Translations under genes and position numbers: made by a program
In this document: positions 63,901 through 64,000 of the stretch, in pieces
Layout: each line of letters starts with the position of its first letter
Numbering within the stretch: position 1 is the stretch's first letter
Source of the DNA: Desulfosudaceae bacterium
GTDB lineage: Bacteria; Desulfobacterota; Desulfobacteria; Desulfobacterales; Desulfosudaceae
Assembly: GCA_963674745.2 (NCBI GenBank)
Contig: CAXXDV010000003.1
Coordinates: 1,024,001-1,088,000, forward strand
DNA length: 64,000 nt
Direction of reading: 5' to 3'
The notes under the pieces: model-generated
Databases searched by the model: none
The model's input: the letters and a program-made list of their open reading frames with translations, nothing else
Told to the model about the DNA's origin: nothing

Positions 63901-64000
63901 ATATTTTTACCTATAATCCGATTTCCAAAAACGGTGTGGCATTTGCCTTGGATAATCTGACGGATGAACAAAAAGAGTGGCTGGGCAGCACGACTGCCGG
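51948..64000 (+). CDS. giant secreted PilY1-like adhesin with ~51 Cys/Asp-rich MopE-like repeats (3' partial, >4000 aa)
   Basis: RBS AAAGGGAG; same frame at both ends and no stop-terminated ORF in this frame in the track; repeats WYxDxDxDxYG..DCDD..PGAxExCDGxDNNCDGxxDEGC; then DNSGSM, QNFANWYQYYRTRM, TPLR, ILMTDG, QHMVTY, IDDLYHAAVNGRG, WSGDL. Confidence 0.88.
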   Translation, partial: MNKSHQTDRSFSKITVGKRLPGAPALHERLVKSALCLLVLMAMGLMLTTVAMAAPATYWCKDGDGDGWGDPTNWEYCKKKNLPSGIWYKWSTGLCEDCNDSEAGINPDADEICGDGINNNCTGGVDESCYDWYRDSDIDNYGDSSDIKSAQTQPTGYVLDSTDCDDTRGDVYPNATELCDGVDNDCDTDVDEGCQTWYRDADNDGYGTAGDTTSAASKPAGYVADNTDCDDTRSNVNPGQSEICDGLDNNCDGDTDEGCETWYEDADGDGYGNPAVFFSGHNPTGYVSNSLDCNDLNAAISPDATEVCDGVDNNCNGVTDEGCQTWYQDADGDGFGNPAVTAFLFNPPPGYVSDNTDCDDTDADIYPGANEIDGDGIDNNCDGLTDESSLWYEDSDNDGFGKPDVSTTGFSQPPGYVADNTDCDDSDNFTYPGAPEICDDGIDNNCNGAVDEGCNTWYRDADNDGYGDPAVWVIADAKPAGYDYVSDNTDCDDSNPLVNPAADELCLDSIDNNCDGQVNENCYVWYEDGDGDGYGNPGVTTWATSQPGGFVNNLRDCDDTDAAVNPDAAEICDGYDNNCNGVIDEGCEGKWYRDSDGDTYGDSSDSSDTQQPGYVPVPGDCDDSNPLVYPGRDEICNDGIDNNCVGGIDEGCLYWYPDDDFDGFGDIDSASAVRAYAAPAGYTADHSDCNDGNSDINPDATEICNGADDDCDGFTDEGCADWYQDYDGDGYGNPAVPATSVVQPAGYVDNSLDCDDEDSNVNPGMHEDCANNVDDDCDGEIDEGCIIWYQDFDGDGWGNSSVIKALDTQPDGYVERGGDCNDHSTSINPGALEVCDDTFDNNCDGNINEGCQAWYYDNDGDGWGSALEDDIGYATTQPDDYVDRAGDCDDEDAAVNPDASEVCDTYDNDCDGFTDEGCTIWYEDGDHDGWGSATSQVAITAPPNFVDITGDCDDAVAAINPGAVEICDGIDNNCDLSVDEGCTDWYQDADGDNYGDASVSVIDNVQPGGYVSDNTDCDDAVFAVNPGVAEVCDDGIDNNCDGEADEGCQVWYRDADNDTWGDIANTMTGKSQPLGYVYRSGDCDDSDAAINPDAAEVCDGDDNNCNTYIDEGCLDWFLDADGDGFGDPATLQTAINLPSPDHVLNGLDCVDTDEDVNPDAVEICDGIDNNCDGNTDEGCLTWYRDSDGDTYGDPGDTTVSQVQPPGYILDGTDCDDTRLEVHPGAAEICDTLDNNCDGDTDEGCLTWYRDSDSDTYGDPGVSTVSLVQPAGYVADNTDCNDAVFAINPGVAEVCADGIDNNCDGNTDEDCLTWYRDSDGDTYGDPGVSTVSQAQPAGYVADNTDCDDTDAAIHPGGVEVCDGDDNNCNGDTDEGCLTWYRDADGDNYGDPALPSVSQTKPVGFVLDNTDCDDSDPLINPGALELCDAGLDDEDCDGDVNEGCLTWYWDGDADNYGDPATSVYSQVQPGGYLLNGTDCDDTNAAIHPGAAEICDTLDNNCDGNTDEGCLTWYRDNDSDTYGDPGVSTVSLVQPAGYVADNTDCDDTDAAINPGAPEVCDGVNDENCDGSVDEGCLTWYEDSDGDNYGNPGVSVDAVIPPPGYVSDNTDCDDTNATIHPGGVEVCDGVNDENCDGSVDEGCLTWYEDSDGDKYGNPGVSVDAVIPPPGYVSDNTDCDDTNATIHPGGVEVCDGVNDENCDGSVDEGCLTWYEDSDGDNYGNPGVSVDAVIPPPGYVSDNTDCDDTNATIHPGGVEVCDGVNDENCDGSVDEGCLTWYRDSDGDKYGNPGVSVDAVIPPPGYVSDNTDCDDTNATIHPGGVEVCDGVNDENCDGSVDEGCQTWYLDNDGDNYGDAGVSMTSNFQPPNYVLDNTDCDDGDAAINPAGTEICDGLNDENCDGSVDEGCRTWFRDSDGDNYGDAGVSTIGVVQPGGYVLDNTDCDDTEPLRNPGMAEVCGDTLDNDCNGLVDDSCANWYKDTDGDGYGDPAVPSMAVGQPAGYVGKAGDCDDTEFNINPGVVEVCDGAVDENCNGQVDEGCLTWYIDSDGDGYGTNWSVVQSITQPAGYVLKDGDCVFDNPAIHPGALEVCDGDDNNCDGNVDEGCLTWYEDSDGDSYGNAAVSSTAIVPPAGYVLDDTDCDDTNFNVNPGAIEVCDGVNDENCDGSVDEGCNTWYQDSDGDGYGNAGVTAVHIVPPAGWVLDGTDCDDTNFNVNPGAIEVCDGVNDENCDGSVDEGCNTWFQDSDGDGYGNAGVTAVHIVPPAGWVLDDTDCDDTNFNVNPGAIEVCDGVNDENCDGSVDEGCNTWFQDSDGDGYGNAGVTAVHIVPPAGWVLDGTDCDDTNFNVNPGAIEVCDGVNDENCDGSVDEGCNTWYEDSDGDNYGNSGVSVDAVIPPPGYVLDDTDCDDGDFNIHPGAVEVCDGTNDENCDGSVDEGCQTWYRDADSDGYGDPSDNMVTIIQPPGYISDNTDCDDTKAAVNPGATEVCDGIDNNCAGGIDEGCDFWYRDNDHDNFGNPGVSVWAVIQPAGYVNDFTDCDDSDAAINPAAVDICGDGVDNNCDGSTDEDCLDWYRDLDGDNFGYIGDKHVSRVPPAANYISDNTDCNDNNPAVYPGAAEVCDSIDNDCDGDTDEGCQTWYEDNDGDGYGNSAAPQTSPSRPAGYVFNDTDCDDTDPAIHPGGVEVCDSVDNNCDGDTDEGCQTWYADDDSDGYGDSSDSMDTIIQPPGYVSDNQDCDDTNPAIHPGVPEDCDGVDNNCDSQTDEGCMMWYQDLDGDNYGNPGVVLNEVIQPAGYVSDNTDCKDDNPAIHPGVPEDCNDSFDNDCNGLVNDGCMTWFQDVDSDGYGNASVSVDEVVKPFGYVADNTDCDDTKAFVNPGILEVCDGFDNDCDGGVDEGCRTWYQDNDHDGFGTGTTATAVLQPGGYTALTGDCDDTNPAIHPGALEICDTIDNDCEGGIDEGCRTWYQDNDGDGFGSTNTGEAVGSLPGYVAEPGDCNDGDNTIYPGAGEICDTIDNDCDGDTDEGCTTWYEDADGDGYGNPSVFTESIPQPIGYVDVAGDCDDDPVTGPAVNPGVAEVCEDGIDNDCDGEIDEGCINWYQDGDGDGYGDNTVTVVDNHIPPGFVSDNTDCDDTNHDINPGQLELCEDGIDNDCDGDVDEGCQTWYEDADGDTYGNSVTTSVSVSNPGGYVTRDGDCNDSDAAINPAAVEVCDGKDNDCDTVVDERCQNWFEDLDGDGFGSSTTIVSDTRPDDYIDISGDCDDSDPDINPNAIEICDGKDNDCDGDRDEGCLVWHLDNDVDNYGDNNFVQWTVFRPPGHVIAGGDCNDANNQIHPYRLDLCDDLDNDCDGAVDEDVPDSEKTNYYLDSDGDGYGNPASYMFECNSPGFNYVLNNLDCNDSAAAIHPGAFDICDNGTDEDCSGADRACGSSTTKGCADLADQPLETQVESSTPVVMFVVDNSGSMAWDVMCAGEDNGLYKGNSSAAAGSSEYWQTQYSGINSIYYDPTIEYEPWPGYPVANSDDPRSLPYQSGTIDLDWEFEDIDGALSVKYAHYYAWSSTEQRPYLVIINNTSVTYYRIDPPGDNEIDPQHVSGPIAADSVPDDAIIPQAWADGNKECSAAEAAVARQNFANWYQYYRTRMLTATYTMAKVVAEVGDIEVGFQMLHDNSSSVSDFLFPLAVNNTAQGQINRQAVLDFIYAASRPNGGTPLRTTFKRIGNFYDQSVNDGRSSPWAAATDGGECQLAFTILMTDGYYNGSSPNMPDTDGDNNTDYDGSPYGDNYGQGNTLADIAMHYYERDLHTGLNNYVPVTSTDPANHQHMVTYSISFGVIGSLDPKGYIFNSGSSTCAAGSASTCTDESPCECAPYWPFVTTSNTDTTIDDLYHAAVNGRGKYYATTNVQQLAYALSTILGEIADRRGSGASVAVNTQALEEDTLLYQGFYESANWSGDLTAWAIYDKDDDADPPQYFKGDVADSWTWSAANILDNRNLASDPRNIFTYNPISKNGVAFALDNLTDEQKEWLGSTTA
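56610..57460 (+). repeat. near-identical 198-bp coding tandem repeats (~4 copies)
   Basis: WY codons at 56673, 56871, 57069, 57267 and 57465, exactly 198 bp apart. Confidence 0.9.
58340..59050 (+). repeat. second block of near-identical 198-bp coding repeats (~3.5 copies)
   Basis: W codons at 58452, 58650, 58848 and 59046. Confidence 0.9.

Overview
64 kb of bacterial chromosome. Gene content suggests an anaerobic deltaproteobacterium (Desulfobacterales-like); this is inferred, not shown. Five blocks: (1) 0.5-27.6 kb, a signalling/transport island with four histidine kinases, eight receiver domains with no DNA-binding output, three SLC13/DASS transporters (one fused to a receiver), USPs, an ACD-GNAT fusion, a degenerate crotonase, a GGDEF protein and a PIN-type TA pair. 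Four candidate sigma54 promoters here share a tandem 17-bp upstream box. (2) 28-35.7 kb, housekeeping pgpA-thpR-recA-alaS and a FadR-like TetR plus acyl-CoA dehydrogenase with a perfect operator. (3) 35.7-48.9 kb, an accessory region with a RAYT transposase, GTAG-REP doublets, composite octamer-array arms, MITE-like repeats, and two adjacent ThDP-enzyme genes with complementary loss of active-site halves (candidate obligate heterodimer). (4) A multi-PAS kinase. (5) From 51948 to the window end, a >4000-codon ORF absent from the ORF track: signal peptide, ~51 Cys/Asp-rich MopE-like repeats, then a PilY1-type vWA region. Coordinates and counts were read by eye and may be off by a few bases.
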